Shown in pieces: positions 11,032 to 22,778 of a stretch of DNA of 64,000 nucleotides. Source of the stretch: Paramoeba atlantica (Eukaryota; Protista; Discosea). The notes below the pieces were generated by a model that had not been told where the DNA came from, ran no database searches, and saw only the letters and a program-made list of their open reading frames with translations. A program made the position numbers and the translations under genes. The DNA lies in assembly GCA_977017575.1 (NCBI GenBank), contig CDRNVI010000029.1, positions 558,001 through 622,000 of the forward strand, written 5' to 3'. Each line of letters begins with the position of its first letter. Positions within the stretch are counted from its first letter, which is position 1.

Positions 11032-12003
11032 ATGGTGGCTCTTCAATTTGCCGAGAAAAACCGCGAAATGCCGGAACAGTACTTTAACTATGACAATCTC
11101 GAAATCTCCTGGAGCAGTCCTGAACGGTACGAAATTGTACGCAAACTAGGTCGAGGAAAATATAGTGATGTATTTGAGGCAGTCGACACTTCTATTGGCT
11201 CATCGGTTGTTATAAAGGTTTTAAAACCGGTAAGAAAAAAGAAAATCAAACGTGAAGTAAAAATCTTACAGAACCTTATTGGGGGACCAAACATTGTTCG
11301 ACTGCTCGACACAGTTCAGGATCCTGCAAGTCATACTCTCTCACTAGTTTTTGAGCACGTTCGCAACGTCGATTTTCGCACTTTTTACCCGACCTTAAAT
11401 GACTTGCAATTGAAGCGGTATGTCTACGAACTGCTTCGCTCATTGCATTATAGTCACTCAATGGGTATCATGCATCGAGACGTTAAACCACAGAACATTA
11501 TGATTGATCCGACATCAAATACCATCCGGCTTATTGACTGGGGTTTAGCAGAATTCTATCATCCAGGAACGGAGTACAACGTTCGTGTTGCATCTCGCTA
11601 CTTCAAAGGTCCGGAGCTTCTTGTTAATCACATGAAGTATGACTATCGACTCGACATGTGGAGTGTGGGATGCGTATTGGCGGCTATTTTATTCCGCAAG
11701 GAGCCTTTTTTTCGTGGAAAAGACAACGTTGATCAGCTTGTCCAAATAGCTGCCGTGTTGGGGACATCAGATTTACAACGATATCTGGATCGCTACGACC
11801 TCAAATTGGATTCCAAAGTAGTCAAACTTATTGGCCTGCGTCGCAAAAAACCCTGGAAAAGTTTTGTTTCTCCAGAAACAGAGTGTCTCTGCACTCCAGA
11901 AGCTATTGATCTACTGGATCACCTCCTGCGCTATGACATGTGCGAAAGATTTCAATCGTTTGAGGCTATGAACCATCCGTATTTTTATCCCGTACGTCAC
12001 TAA
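11032..12003 (+). CDS. CKA1: Casein kinase II alpha catalytic subunit
   Basis: GRGKYSDVF, KKKIKREVKIL, HRDVKPQN, LIDWGLAEFYHPG, RVASRYFKGPEL. Confidence 0.97.
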   Translation: MVALQFAEKNREMPEQYFNYDNLEISWSSPERYEIVRKLGRGKYSDVFEAVDTSIGSSVVIKVLKPVRKKKIKREVKILQNLIGGPNIVRLLDTVQDPASHTLSLVFEHVRNVDFRTFYPTLNDLQLKRYVYELLRSLHYSHSMGIMHRDVKPQNIMIDPTSNTIRLIDWGLAEFYHPGTEYNVRVASRYFKGPELLVNHMKYDYRLDMWSVGCVLAAILFRKEPFFRGKDNVDQLVQIAAVLGTSDLQRYLDRYDLKLDSKVVKLIGLRRKKPWKSFVSPETECLCTPEAIDLLDHLLRYDMCERFQSFEAMNHPYFYPVRH

Positions 12004-12440
12004 TGTGAACGTTTAAGTTGTGGAGTTTACTTATATTTTAGCAGGGCTCTGTGATAGCGGGGCAGTTTGTGCGAGATTAGTGTGCAGCTGAAAATTGGTT
12101 ATCATGCATTTGTATCAATTACGACAATGTCGTGCGCAACGTATCAGAACCTGATCCTGGACGGATACTTTACCAAGGTTCGCGGAGGATCACGCACAAC
12201 GCTTTAGATACACATGTAACAGCACGAGATGATGCTGCAATGAAATATTTCATTTGCTTTGCTACGTGGCAAATACATTGTAATTGTTGCTACATTGTAA
12301 TGATGAATATAGTAAAAAGAAGGACACAACTCCTTCAAAGCATTTCGTTTACGTACGTATAGAAATATCCAGAGCCATTGTATATTACTCGATTATTATG
12401 CTTGAGTCTCGGTCTTGATCTCCGCTTTGCAAATCAAGGC

Positions 12441-13847
12441 ATGTCATCTATCCTAGGAATTCGACGGAAAATACGTAAGCCCCGGCACGCCGAAACCACC
12501 GGCAGGTATCTAGGCTTCGAACACACCCCTCTCCCCGCAGCTGTACACAAACACCCAGACACCTTACTACAAAATTGGACCCCCAATGCTCCACCCACCC
12601 TTCCATCCCCGAAACCTCACCACCCCCGCACCTGTCATCTCCATATCCTCAATCTCTTAAAACACAAACCTCCCTTCCCCTCCGCCCCCTCCCTTCAACA
12701 CTACCTCGACTGGGCCCACCCCCCCACCACCCCCTCCCCCACCCCCTCCCTTCTTCTCCACGAGTGGCATCCACGAAATGCCCCCCTCACCCCCACCGCG
12801 GTCCCCTACCACAGCGCACGGTTCCTTTGGTGGAGCTGCGCCACGTGCTCCGCGCCCTACCTCGCTCGGGTACGGCACCGCACGCTTCTCCGCGGCCCCC
12901 ACAGCCCCGCCTGCCCGCGCTGCGTTGCGGCAACCCACAGCCTGTGTCTCACCCACCCCACGCTCGCGGCCGAGTTCGCCGGGGCCCTCGTGGACCCGCT
13001 GTCCGGGGATGCGGTGGGGGCGCTCGGGGTGGAGGCCCTCACGGCGCTGGACATGGCGGTGGCGCGGTGGGGGTGTCACCGGTGTGGGACACGGTGGTGG
13101 GCGGCGGTGGTGGAGCGCGCGGGGGCGGGGGGGATGGAGGGGGGGGAGGGTGGTGGTGGTGGTGGTGGGGAGGAAGAGCAAGGTGGGGAACAAGGACGGG
13201 AAGGGGGGAAGGGGGGAGCAGAACAACCGATGGATTGTCCCACGTGTAGGGGGAGTGCCCCGAGGACGGGGTTGGTGGCGGGACGAGGGGTGGGGAGTGT
13301 GGGGGGGAAGAGAGAGGAACCGGCAAGGCTTGTGCCAGAGAAACCGTGTGAGAAGCCACAGCTGAGCGTTCCGGAAAGTGAGTCGTGTTCGAACCCCATT
13401 TTTGCGAATAGCATGTTGCTGAATTACCCGTTTTTGTACCAAGAAATGGATGAAAAATATTATCGCCACGTATCATGGAATCGCTTAGCGCGGATATCCA
13501 TCTTCTCGCGCGAACTAGCTCGTTGGATATGTATTCGGTGCTCTAAGTCATACGCGTCGTCTCCATTCGAACGAATCTTTTCGTCGAACAAGAGTGGTAG
13601 AATACCAACGCGAGAGGGTCAAAAAATACGAATGCGTGACCTTCCCATATGCTGCCCCAAATGTCGGTGGACCTCTGGATATGATCCTCTTGAACCTGTT
13701 TTGGGTCAAGAACAGACGGAACCTAACACACCCGCACCGAACTTACATAAAGTCAGTTGTCGCAGTAAGCGTGTCCCGGGTAGGTCCAATCCTTCATTCT
13801 TCAGTAGACGGTCTTACCCTCGGTGGGTTGATGATGCTGTAAATTGA
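12441..13847 (+). CDS. Zinc-ribbon repeat protein (DUF4379-like), possibly mitochondrial
   Basis: Three units of the type EW/EF...WxCxxC...W/Y.A...R...CPxC; first in-frame ATG at 12441; basic N-terminus. Confidence 0.7.
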   Translation: MSSILGIRRKIRKPRHAETTGRYLGFEHTPLPAAVHKHPDTLLQNWTPNAPPTLPSPKPHHPRTCHLHILNLLKHKPPFPSAPSLQHYLDWAHPPTTPSPTPSLLLHEWHPRNAPLTPTAVPYHSARFLWWSCATCSAPYLARVRHRTLLRGPHSPACPRCVAATHSLCLTHPTLAAEFAGALVDPLSGDAVGALGVEALTALDMAVARWGCHRCGTRWWAAVVERAGAGGMEGGEGGGGGGGEEEQGGEQGREGGKGGAEQPMDCPTCRGSAPRTGLVAGRGVGSVGGKREEPARLVPEKPCEKPQLSVPESESCSNPIFANSMLLNYPFLYQEMDEKYYRHVSWNRLARISIFSRELARWICIRCSKSYASSPFERIFSSNKSGRIPTREGQKIRMRDLPICCPKCRWTSGYDPLEPVLGQEQTEPNTPAPNLHKVSCRSKRVPGRSNPSFFSRRSYPRWVDDAVN

Positions 13848-14096
13848 CATGAGCAGCAGTAGGCAAGACGAAGGGTGGTCTCCGTGTGCTGTACTATACT
13901 ACTGAAGAATGTACTAGTTAGGGGGGACCTTCGATGTGTAAGCATTGAAAGTTGTAGACTACGGATCTGCCTTCCTCTATTTCTTCCCTAGGTCTACGTA
14001 TCCTTCTATGGGCCCGTATCCGTATAGTTCTATGTTACGAGTTTTTATTTTCATTGGAGTTATTTCTCTTTAATACCACCTCTTTTGTAACGGAAA

Positions 14097-14675
14097 ATGA
14101 ATTCGAAACGATCTGGTAAACCGAAAGAGGATAGGCACAAGCTTGATAAGGAACTAAAGACTCTTCATTTCCAAGCTGCTAATTTAGATCGCAAGAACTG
14201 GAATAAAAAACAAAAGCGTGACCACGACTGGAAGCACTTTGAAAGTTTGGGAGGCGGTTCAAGGCCAAAACAACGGCAAGGATACGTTGAGCACTTACGA
14301 CGCACGCACAAAAGAAACCGGCTTGACCGCGAAGACGCAATATGCGAACGCCGTACAGGCCAATATGACCTTACAAGGGGAAGCGCCGTTCGCCGTCTTC
14401 GTCAAAAAGTCCAGAAGCGCCGTGTTAAAGTAATTAAGCGCCTTAGATACGAATCACATCATATGGGAAATCCGCATGTGATCTACACGGCAGGACGATT
14501 AAACAAGAAGAGCCAGAACTTGGAACTTTCATCACGGTTGCAAAGGCGTATTGGCAGAACTCAAAATCATCAAGATGTCATCTTAGACAAAGTTTGTCGG
14601 GACATGAAACGGGAAACTTTTTCTGGAAACTTTCTCTCTGGGAAACAAAGTTCTGTCTACAGAAAAAAAAGGTGA
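14097..14675 (+). CDS. Basic protein resembling Faf1/C1orf131 small-subunit processome factor
   Basis: K/R-rich; W.KKQKR...SLGG..PKQR resembles the Faf1-family motif. Confidence 0.45.
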   Translation: MNSKRSGKPKEDRHKLDKELKTLHFQAANLDRKNWNKKQKRDHDWKHFESLGGGSRPKQRQGYVEHLRRTHKRNRLDREDAICERRTGQYDLTRGSAVRRLRQKVQKRRVKVIKRLRYESHHMGNPHVIYTAGRLNKKSQNLELSSRLQRRIGRTQNHQDVILDKVCRDMKRETFSGNFLSGKQSSVYRKKR

Positions 14676-14790
14676 CGTAGATAAAGAAGTTTATGTCTAT
14701 ACCTCTTTATTCCGTACGTGTATACTCTGGGTTTGCTGCGAATACATTGAATTAGATGCCTTAGGAACATGCGTACATGTATACTAATAT

Positions 14791-14868
14791 GATATTAGTA
14801 TTGTGATATTAGTATTGTGATATTAGTATTGTAATATTAGTATTGTGATATTATAATATCACAATACT
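14791..14868. repeat. 14-bp tandem repeat (GATATTAGTATTGT x~4.5) followed by an inverted partial unit
   Basis: Direct reading of the sequence. Confidence 0.9.
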
Positions 14869-15039
14869 TTATGCAGGGAAATACACAATGTTGTATGCAG
14901 CGACGGTTTAACTCGAGTTTTTTCAGAGTGTAACGGCTTAAGAAGGTCATAAAATAGTAATTTGTATTAGGATGGAGTACACTATTGCGAATATCGGACA
15001 GAAACAATTACTGCATTAGTGCTATAATACTTTATTATC

Positions 15040-18000
15040 ATGGCTAAAAAGATACGTAAGGTTGGACAGCGCAAGTCCAATTCGTGGAGTCCTGCTACGC
15101 CAAATGCCAGTACAAATAAAAGCGTTAAAAAAGCGCAACACAAAACTACGGCAGAAAAGAAAAATCAGCGTACTCGACGATCCGAAAGTGTGACCAGCAA
15201 CGAAAAACATATAATTCAGGAACCAGAAATGGGATATGATGTGTCACCAACACCAATATCCTTGATAGAGGTACTAAACTCTTCTGCCAATGTCACGATC
15301 ATTGCGACCGAGCTGTTTAACCTTTTAATCAACCCTGAGAAACCGCAAGGGGAATCTCAAAAGCGTCGGCGCTCAAAAAGCAATGACATTGGCCCATCAC
15401 AATCAATGACCTCATCTTTGGATAAAGTACTCGCAGCACTAGTGAATCTTCTGTGTCGTGCCTGCGGGTCAACAGTTGAACTGGAGCTATGGCAAGTGCA
15501 ACAGGACGATATTCAATCTACTTTGGAAGAAGTCTTTTTGCGTATTGATCCCACTGCAGAAGCGTACCTCTTAGTCAACAAAGATTCAAAGTACAAAAAC
15601 ATTCGCAAAAATTTCTCGCCTTTTTGGCGTATTTTGGTAGAACGGAGTACCGAATATCACAAACTTGTCCAACTGCTCGACCGTTTGAGTCCCTGGATCA
15701 TATCCATGAGTGATAGTAAGAGTCGAGCGTTCCGGCATACTGCGACATTGTGTGCTTATTCAATTATTTCTGGATTGAGCAGTGTGCTGCGCGAAGCAGA
15801 GGAGTCGTTGTTGACAAGTCGGCGACCAGCAGATGTGAGGACTACTATGCAGGAAATTACACGAATAATTCTTGAGCTATTTCGAGATGTTTTTACGATG
15901 CGGGTACGCGACTTGTTCGTGGAGCTACGTATTGCTACCATACGTTTTCTTCAAGACTGGATGTGTGAGTTTCCTTCACAATATGTCAAGCCTGAATACG
16001 CCAAAAATTTGGGGTTTTTGCTTCATGATCGCAAACCTGAAGTACGCCACGCTTCATTAGAGGCATTAATCAGCGTGTATTCCATGGATACAGAAAGCAT
16101 CACGCCGATGGATAGATTTACCGAAAGATTTCGAGAGCGTTTCGCCGAAATGACTCGAGACGTTGACCCAAATTGTGTCGAAGCGGCCCTTCGTCTGTGT
16201 TCACTGGTGCTAAAATGCGATCACAAGCAGAATCGACTTGACGAAGACGGGACATATGATCGCGAAAGCTTGAATCAGATGTTGTCGACGTGCTTTGCTG
16301 AGACCGATAAAGTGAGAGGTTCCGCCGGTACGTTTTTGCGGCAAGTGCTTCGAATCAATACTTCAGGTTATCCTATCTTGGAAAGGGAACAGAAACAAGT
16401 GGATATGCTTTTGGGATTTGTTACTGAGGCAAGAGACGACAAAGGAATAGCCAATGCCGCCAGTTACGTAGTAGATGCTCTATGGAACGTTGCTAGTAGT
16501 GAGCATTTGAGCCAGAAGCGCAAAGCAAAGGAGGAACAAGGTTCTGTCACTGCTTCGGCCGCCGTTTTGCAAGTTGCACAAAGTTCTTCTGCCGAAACAC
16601 CAATAGCACGTAGCGCTGTAGAATTGTTGGCCGCTACAATGGAGAAGCTGAACGGCAGATTAATTTTAGTACGTGATCGGAAACCGACACTGTCAAAGCA
16701 TGAAAAAGTGGGCCAGAAGTCCTCCTCAGATATGTGGCTTACACTCAGCGTGTCATGCACAACAGTGGTCCTCCATGGTATTGATTTCCATAAATCCGAA
16801 ACATCGATGCTTATAGCTACTTCCAGATTGTTGAAAGCAATGAATATGCAGGCGTGGGAAATGCAACATATGGAAAAGCGGTTCAAGTCGGTAATCGAGT
16901 TCTTTTCTAACATAATCATGAATACGACGGACGTAGTGTTGCAGAGTACCGTAATTCAACTATTTCACGAAATTAAGGACTCCACAGCAACTTCCTCTTT
17001 AGTAAATATGGAGAATATATTGAAAAAAATATCACGCTCTGCTGTACGAGAAATGAGTGAGCTTACGAGTGACGAATCGACTGATAAGAAACTGGTGTTA
17101 TGGAATCGAGCCAATGCTTTGTGTGATATTGATAGTATGGAGGGCCTATTACCGTATGCTCAGAAATGGTTAAACGCTGCCAATAAAGATGATCATGAGG
17201 AATCGAAACCTGTTCCACTGGATCAAGATTTGTCACGATCGATCACTCTTTCTCTTGAATTAGAAGATGACAATGCTATTCAATCCGCTTGTACAAAACA
17301 CTATGTGCCCTTAATTCGGCTTAACGATATTGCGCTTCTAGAATGTGTCACAAGCTGTGCGTATAAGTGTGTAATGTGGCACCTTTCGAAGGGAAACCAG
17401 GACACATGCAATGCAACGGAGATCTGTAAAAGCCTTGTTTATCTGATGAGCAGGTTAGAATCACAGAACTCTGCGTCAGCATCCTTTCTAACGGTACATA
17501 TTTTGGTCTACTTATCGGATTTAGCTTTGATCCCGCGATCCACAATTTCCGATATCGTGAGGTCCGCGATCCGCAAAACGTTTTCTCTCGTTTGCGCAAT
17601 TTTAGGAGAAATGTACAACGAAAAGAAGAAACGTATTGCTGAACTATTGAGCGTGAAGGTATCTCAAGAAGTTTTGAAAGGAATGGATGATCACGCAGCT
17701 GAAATCACGGATCTCCACGAGGAACAACTCCGTATCGAGTACGAATTATATTGTCTTACGGCAGCTATGTACCGGCTTGTTAATTTTGGTGTCCTAGGTT
17801 TCGAGGATACTACAATGATTTTGCAACATTGGACCAAGGTTCCTTGCAAAACTTCTACTGATACCATGAAGGACTTGTTTCGCGCGGCTCGAGCGAACGC
17901 TGGTCAGCGACCTGGGGTGAAACCTTATGAGCTAGAACTCGGAATTGTACTGCAAGGGTTTCAAAGTGCTGTTAGTCAAGGTGAATCTCCATTCGCAGTA

Positions 18001-18819
18001 GATGCGTTTCAAAGCCTTTGCTCTAAGCTGTCGCAAACCCACTTTATGCCGCATTTAGATAAATATTATTCCGTAGTACCAAATCTAATTCAGGAAGTTG
18101 TAAAACTCGTGAGGGAATCACCCGAGACCAAAGGTCTCCTAATGCTAGGCGTATCATCTTTTATTTCTCGTTTGCGAATACAGGATGCGACGCACTTTTT
18201 GAAAGTCATAAATCCAGGCGACTTTATGAGCGTTGCTCCAGCATACAAAGCTGTCTTTTTGGGGGCACTGCGTCGTGTTGCTCATCAAGGTCCGAGAGAT
18301 CAGGCGAGCGAAGGACAGGTCGATCGAGAACATGACGATGAGGGCGAAGATTTCCTGGCCAATGAAATTATACTTCCAGAACGTGACGCAAAAACTTCTG
18401 AGGAAATTACGTATGGGCGACAGGTACAAGTTACACCAGCACGCAGTAAGCCCAAAATTGGAAAACGAAATAACCGCAAAATACAGAGAACGCCGAACGC
18501 CCATATTACCGAAACAGGATGGCGGTCGCGAGATCGAAATCATCTCAAAGGTCAAGATGAACCAGCACTCACGTTTACTTCAACTCCTGTCGAACTACAA
18601 GAGGCTTCTCCTAGTTTCGGGTATGAAACTGGATTCACTGAAAATAATCTAATCAATACAGTTGCCAAACCCGTTACTGCGCTGGAATCTACACACTCAA
18701 AGGGCCTGCATGAACTTGATAATGCCACCGAAACTAACACTCCGAATCAAACGACAGAAACAGTGCCTATGGAAGAGAGTTCCGAATTTTTTGTAGAATC
18801 TCAACTATGGGCCGATTAA
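15040..18819 (+). CDS. SCC3: Cohesin subunit SCC3/STAG
   Basis: STAG domain SRAFRHTATL; SCD region R.RD...ELR...I..L..W...P..Y...LG..L.D....VR. Confidence 0.9.
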   Translation: MAKKIRKVGQRKSNSWSPATPNASTNKSVKKAQHKTTAEKKNQRTRRSESVTSNEKHIIQEPEMGYDVSPTPISLIEVLNSSANVTIIATELFNLLINPEKPQGESQKRRRSKSNDIGPSQSMTSSLDKVLAALVNLLCRACGSTVELELWQVQQDDIQSTLEEVFLRIDPTAEAYLLVNKDSKYKNIRKNFSPFWRILVERSTEYHKLVQLLDRLSPWIISMSDSKSRAFRHTATLCAYSIISGLSSVLREAEESLLTSRRPADVRTTMQEITRIILELFRDVFTMRVRDLFVELRIATIRFLQDWMCEFPSQYVKPEYAKNLGFLLHDRKPEVRHASLEALISVYSMDTESITPMDRFTERFRERFAEMTRDVDPNCVEAALRLCSLVLKCDHKQNRLDEDGTYDRESLNQMLSTCFAETDKVRGSAGTFLRQVLRINTSGYPILEREQKQVDMLLGFVTEARDDKGIANAASYVVDALWNVASSEHLSQKRKAKEEQGSVTASAAVLQVAQSSSAETPIARSAVELLAATMEKLNGRLILVRDRKPTLSKHEKVGQKSSSDMWLTLSVSCTTVVLHGIDFHKSETSMLIATSRLLKAMNMQAWEMQHMEKRFKSVIEFFSNIIMNTTDVVLQSTVIQLFHEIKDSTATSSLVNMENILKKISRSAVREMSELTSDESTDKKLVLWNRANALCDIDSMEGLLPYAQKWLNAANKDDHEESKPVPLDQDLSRSITLSLELEDDNAIQSACTKHYVPLIRLNDIALLECVTSCAYKCVMWHLSKGNQDTCNATEICKSLVYLMSRLESQNSASASFLTVHILVYLSDLALIPRSTISDIVRSAIRKTFSLVCAILGEMYNEKKKRIAELLSVKVSQEVLKGMDDHAAEITDLHEEQLRIEYELYCLTAAMYRLVNFGVLGFEDTTMILQHWTKVPCKTSTDTMKDLFRAARANAGQRPGVKPYELELGIVLQGFQSAVSQGESPFAVDAFQSLCSKLSQTHFMPHLDKYYSVVPNLIQEVVKLVRESPETKGLLMLGVSSFISRLRIQDATHFLKVINPGDFMSVAPAYKAVFLGALRRVAHQGPRDQASEGQVDREHDDEGEDFLANEIILPERDAKTSEEITYGRQVQVTPARSKPKIGKRNNRKIQRTPNAHITETGWRSRDRNHLKGQDEPALTFTSTPVELQEASPSFGYETGFTENNLINTVAKPVTALESTHSKGLHELDNATETNTPNQTTETVPMEESSEFFVESQLWAD

Positions 18820-19343
18820 GGCGAAAGCGGGATACGTACGCAAAATTGAGCTTTAAGTTCACCAAGCAATAAAAAGTACATGTAAATGTATTGAGTTTTG
18901 ACCTACATGAAGAATTGGAACGGTATTTACTGACTGACTAGTGAGATTTATGAAATAATTTATGTGTTCGGCTTGAATTTATTTTATTCATAGGTTTTTT
19001 AATTATGTCACCTTTTGAATCACACGATCAATTTGCGGTGTACAGGATTCCCACAGAAACTTGTAGTATACAAGTTTGTAAAATAGTTGTGATTGAAAAG
19101 CAAGATTTTATACGGTTGTGTAGTCAGATGAACGGACCATTACGTTCACTGGGAGCTGGCCATAAATGAGTGTGCCGAAAGAAGAATATCAGAAAACTGA
19201 TTAAAGCAGTGATGTACGTATTATATGTGCATGACACATATGGTACTGCATGATGCTATAAATTATAGTGTCGCATCGAATAATACGATTCAGCATATTG
19301 TGTTATTCTTTTTAGAACTTTCCTTGAACTATACATCTTGAGT

Positions 19344-19892
19344 ATGACTGCCTACGACCGTTTCTCTCTGCTGGACTTGTTTAGTCTAGGACTAACGAAC
19401 ATTGATCGTTTGACTGAAACGTATTCCGTCGGATTCTACGGGCTATATTTGACACAATGGCCAGAGTGTTCTATAATTGCTCGTCATTCAACCTCGGGCC
19501 AAAACATGGGTTACGTCATAGGAAAGGTTGAAGGAGAAGGAGAAGATTGGCATGGTCACGTTTCTGCAGTTACGGTAGCTTCACCATTTCGAAGACAAGG
19601 TTTGGCACGACTTTTGATGTGTTATATCGAAGCGGTTTCAGACAAACTTCACAAGGGGTACTTTGTAGATCTTTTTGTACGAAAATCGAATAATACAGCT
19701 CAAATCATGTATGAAAAGCTAGGTTACATAGTTTATCGGCGAGTCTTGAAATATTACCAAGGCTCTAAAGAGATTTCTGATGAGGATGCGTTGGACATGA
19801 GAAAACCAATGACAGCCAACACTTCTAGGAAGAAATCTGCTGTTATTCCGTTAAAGCATCCAATCTTGCCTCACCAGCTTGAGTGGCAATAA
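19344..19892 (+). CDS. NAA20: NatB catalytic N-terminal acetyltransferase
   Basis: LTETY, GY..GKVEG....WHGHVSAVTVA, FVDLFVRKSN, YRRV..YY, EDALDMRK; ATG at 19344. Confidence 0.93.
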   Translation: MTAYDRFSLLDLFSLGLTNIDRLTETYSVGFYGLYLTQWPECSIIARHSTSGQNMGYVIGKVEGEGEDWHGHVSAVTVASPFRRQGLARLLMCYIEAVSDKLHKGYFVDLFVRKSNNTAQIMYEKLGYIVYRRVLKYYQGSKEISDEDALDMRKPMTANTSRKKSAVIPLKHPILPHQLEWQ

Positions 19893-21020
19893 TCTTTCAA
19901 TGCAAGACAATGATTATGTAGTACGCGAAACTGAGCTGCGGGCGTCAACTTAGAGGCATACTTCGCAAAGGAAAATGTACCGCCCATTGAGTTTTGTACA
20001 TTATCGTTTTTTTTGTTAGCATTTTTTCTGAATGTCATCTCAAGCTCCACCCTGCAAAATGCTCCCGATGTTTTCCACAGTACGTTGCGTCCTTTCACGC
20101 CGCTGAAAAAAAATTCCTATGTTTCCTCAAGAGTGTGCGGCTTGAGGTGACATTAAACAAGTGCACAAAAATAATAATAACCTTTTGTCTCTTTGCTTTA
20201 CATTCCACCAATTTCTGTTTTTGTTCGACTGGTACCGACGCTGGGTACGATAGCTCGGCGAAGGGTTTTGTTTCATAAAATTATTGGACATTGTTCTCAC
20301 TAGTAAGCATGTTTTTGTCTTCCAAGCACTACGTCTACATCTCTAACGAACGTTTTGCCACGGTTTGCGTAGAACGCCGTGAAATTTCTTGTGCTCAGGG
20401 CGTGCCCATGAGCTAGGTTGACTAATGTGTGCGAGAGACTGTATTTTATGGCTCGGAGGCACAAAGTCATTGCTCAAACCGTGAGATGCAAAAGTGGACA
20501 TTCACAAACCGTGTACGTTACGAAGAGGGCGGTGGGAGGTCAGCCTTCTGACCTGGCTTGAGCACTGCAAGCAGTGTTCCGACTCCCATTATGAGCTGCG
20601 CCACGATTAAATTATTGCTTAACGCAATGGGCAGCAAAAAAGGTAGCAATGCAAAAAAAAGTATGGTGTATAAAATATATTCCAATTTACCTGTACGTTG
20701 CAATATGGCTCTGATAAGGGTGTAAAACATTTTCATAATGTTTGCTACAATGGGAATAATTGTGGTAAATGCTCCACAACGTTTTGTATTTGTCATCCGC
20801 AACGGTAATTAAATTATTTATGAATGTTGATTATTACTAAACATTTTCGAAGGGGGACACAAAAACGTATCGTATTGTCTGTTTAACCGCATACAATGTA
20901 GTACAACTACGGTGAATCACTTCCGCTTTAAAATTTCTTTTTGTACACCATGTAGCTTAGGAAAACGTTCTCGCATATTGTATATTACCATTCTGTGTTT
21001 ATTAGCATTCAGCTTTGTCA

Positions 21021-22442
21021 ATGTCTAGTAGTCTTCTCCAGAAAGAAGCTTTGCGCAATGCTTCGACCATAGCAAATGATCTACGTTTATTTTTGCACCG
21101 CGCCGTCACCCCGTTTCACGTGATTAAAATCGTAGCAGAGATGCTGCGAGAGGCGGGGTTTTGTACAATGCAGAGTACTGGTACAAATACCTTATGTGCC
21201 TCTAATTTTTTTATGACAAAGAACGATTCAGCCTTGATTGCAGTGGCACGCAGTGGAAAATACAATCCTAGAAATGGGGCGACTATTGTTGCAGCCCACA
21301 CAGATTCTCCTAATTTGATGCTTAAGCCTAAGAGTATAATTTCAAATCAATCCTATGAATCTGTCGCTGTGCAGTGTTACGGTGGAGGCCTGTGGCACAC
21401 CTGGTTTGATCGAGACTTGAGTATCGCGGGACGAATGGTTTTGGAAAACCCAGAGACCAAAGAATCGAAGTCACGGGTTTTATCTACACATTTGGTTGAT
21501 TTACGTCGTCCAGTCTTGCACATTCCGAATCTTGCTATTCACTTGCAGAGCTCAGAGGAACGTGAAGCCTTTCGCTTCAACAAGGAAAAACATATTCGTC
21601 CAGTCCTATGCACTGCTCTTTCCAAAGAAATCAGCGGTACAGAGCTACCCCAGGGAGGAAAACATGATTCAGGGCTGCTACAGGAACTTTTGGGGCAATG
21701 CGACAAGATTTCTGAAAATGTTGCTGTGTTGGATGCTGATCTTATGGCATATGACACTGCTGCCCCAGGACTTATTGGGCTGTATGGTGAATTTCTTCGC
21801 TCAGCACGCTTAGATAATCTTGTCAGTTGTTACTGCGCGGTAAAGGCTCTTATTGACTCGTTGGATACAATCGAACAAGAGAATATGGCTCGTATTGTTG
21901 TTTTGTATGACCACGAAGAAGTAGGCTCTGCATCGCTCAGTGGAGCTCACGGAACGCTTCTTCAGGAAATTATACCATACCTAACGCATTCCAACGTTTC
22001 CAGCGAGTGCATTATAAACAGGGATGATTTCTTAAAAAGATCTTTTTGTATTTCTGCAGATGGTGCCCACGGACTTCATCCGAATTATCCGGATAAGCAC
22101 AATGCAGAACACAGTCCTTATTTGCAGGGAGGACCTGTATTAAAGCACAATTGCAATATGCGTTATGCAACGGATGCCTGCGGTGCATCTGTAGCACGAC
22201 TGATCGCTAAAAGCGCAGAGGTTCCCCTACAAGATTTTGTTGTGCGCAACGATAGTTCATGTGGTAGCACAATTGGACCTATCCTGTCTTCGCAAACAGG
22301 AATACGCACGGTGGATATTGGAGTTCCTATGTGGGCGATGCACAGTATTCGTGAAACGTGTGGTATTATGGACGTGTTTTACTTGCATAAATTACTAGTA
22401 GCGTTCTTTTCAGAGTATGGCACTATATCCTGGACGTCGTGA
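21021..22442 (+). CDS. DNPEP: Aspartyl aminopeptidase (peptidase M18)
   Basis: AHTDSP, YGGGLWHTWFDRDL, RLDNL, DHEEVGS, H..HPNY, GSTIGP, MHSIRE. Confidence 0.95.
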   Translation: MSSSLLQKEALRNASTIANDLRLFLHRAVTPFHVIKIVAEMLREAGFCTMQSTGTNTLCASNFFMTKNDSALIAVARSGKYNPRNGATIVAAHTDSPNLMLKPKSIISNQSYESVAVQCYGGGLWHTWFDRDLSIAGRMVLENPETKESKSRVLSTHLVDLRRPVLHIPNLAIHLQSSEEREAFRFNKEKHIRPVLCTALSKEISGTELPQGGKHDSGLLQELLGQCDKISENVAVLDADLMAYDTAAPGLIGLYGEFLRSARLDNLVSCYCAVKALIDSLDTIEQENMARIVVLYDHEEVGSASLSGAHGTLLQEIIPYLTHSNVSSECIINRDDFLKRSFCISADGAHGLHPNYPDKHNAEHSPYLQGGPVLKHNCNMRYATDACGASVARLIAKSAEVPLQDFVVRNDSSCGSTIGPILSSQTGIRTVDIGVPMWAMHSIRETCGIMDVFYLHKLLVAFFSEYGTISWTS

Positions 22443-22778
22443 CCCAACGGTTCAGGGTATGCACACTATTAAAAATAGCCAACGTTACTTTAAATCCAGT
22501 TCTGTAAAACTACAGATGGTACATGAAGTGAACATGCGGCACATATTGGCTTCCATGGAGTCAAAAACTTACTACTACGATAAATTAGGTCAGACAAAAT
22601 AAGGCAAATTACCTTCAAATCAAAGCTAGACTAGCTTATTATACATGAGCACTAGCCTAGTACCACTGTATTTTCTTGATTACGAATTACTTCACTGGAA
22701 TTCTATAGGAATTTACATGACAGACACAAAGACGTGCACTCATCCTTAGGTTTCTCCCTACGATATTAAAAAGGCTTC

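Noticed and set aside
12575-13476. Several long overlapping ORFs on both strands
   Set aside because: Explained by stop-codon scarcity in the C/G-rich island; only the 12441 frame has the Cys motifs.
20448-20610. Frameshifted bL33m-like small ORF
   Set aside because: Requires an unsupported frameshift and the similarity is weak.
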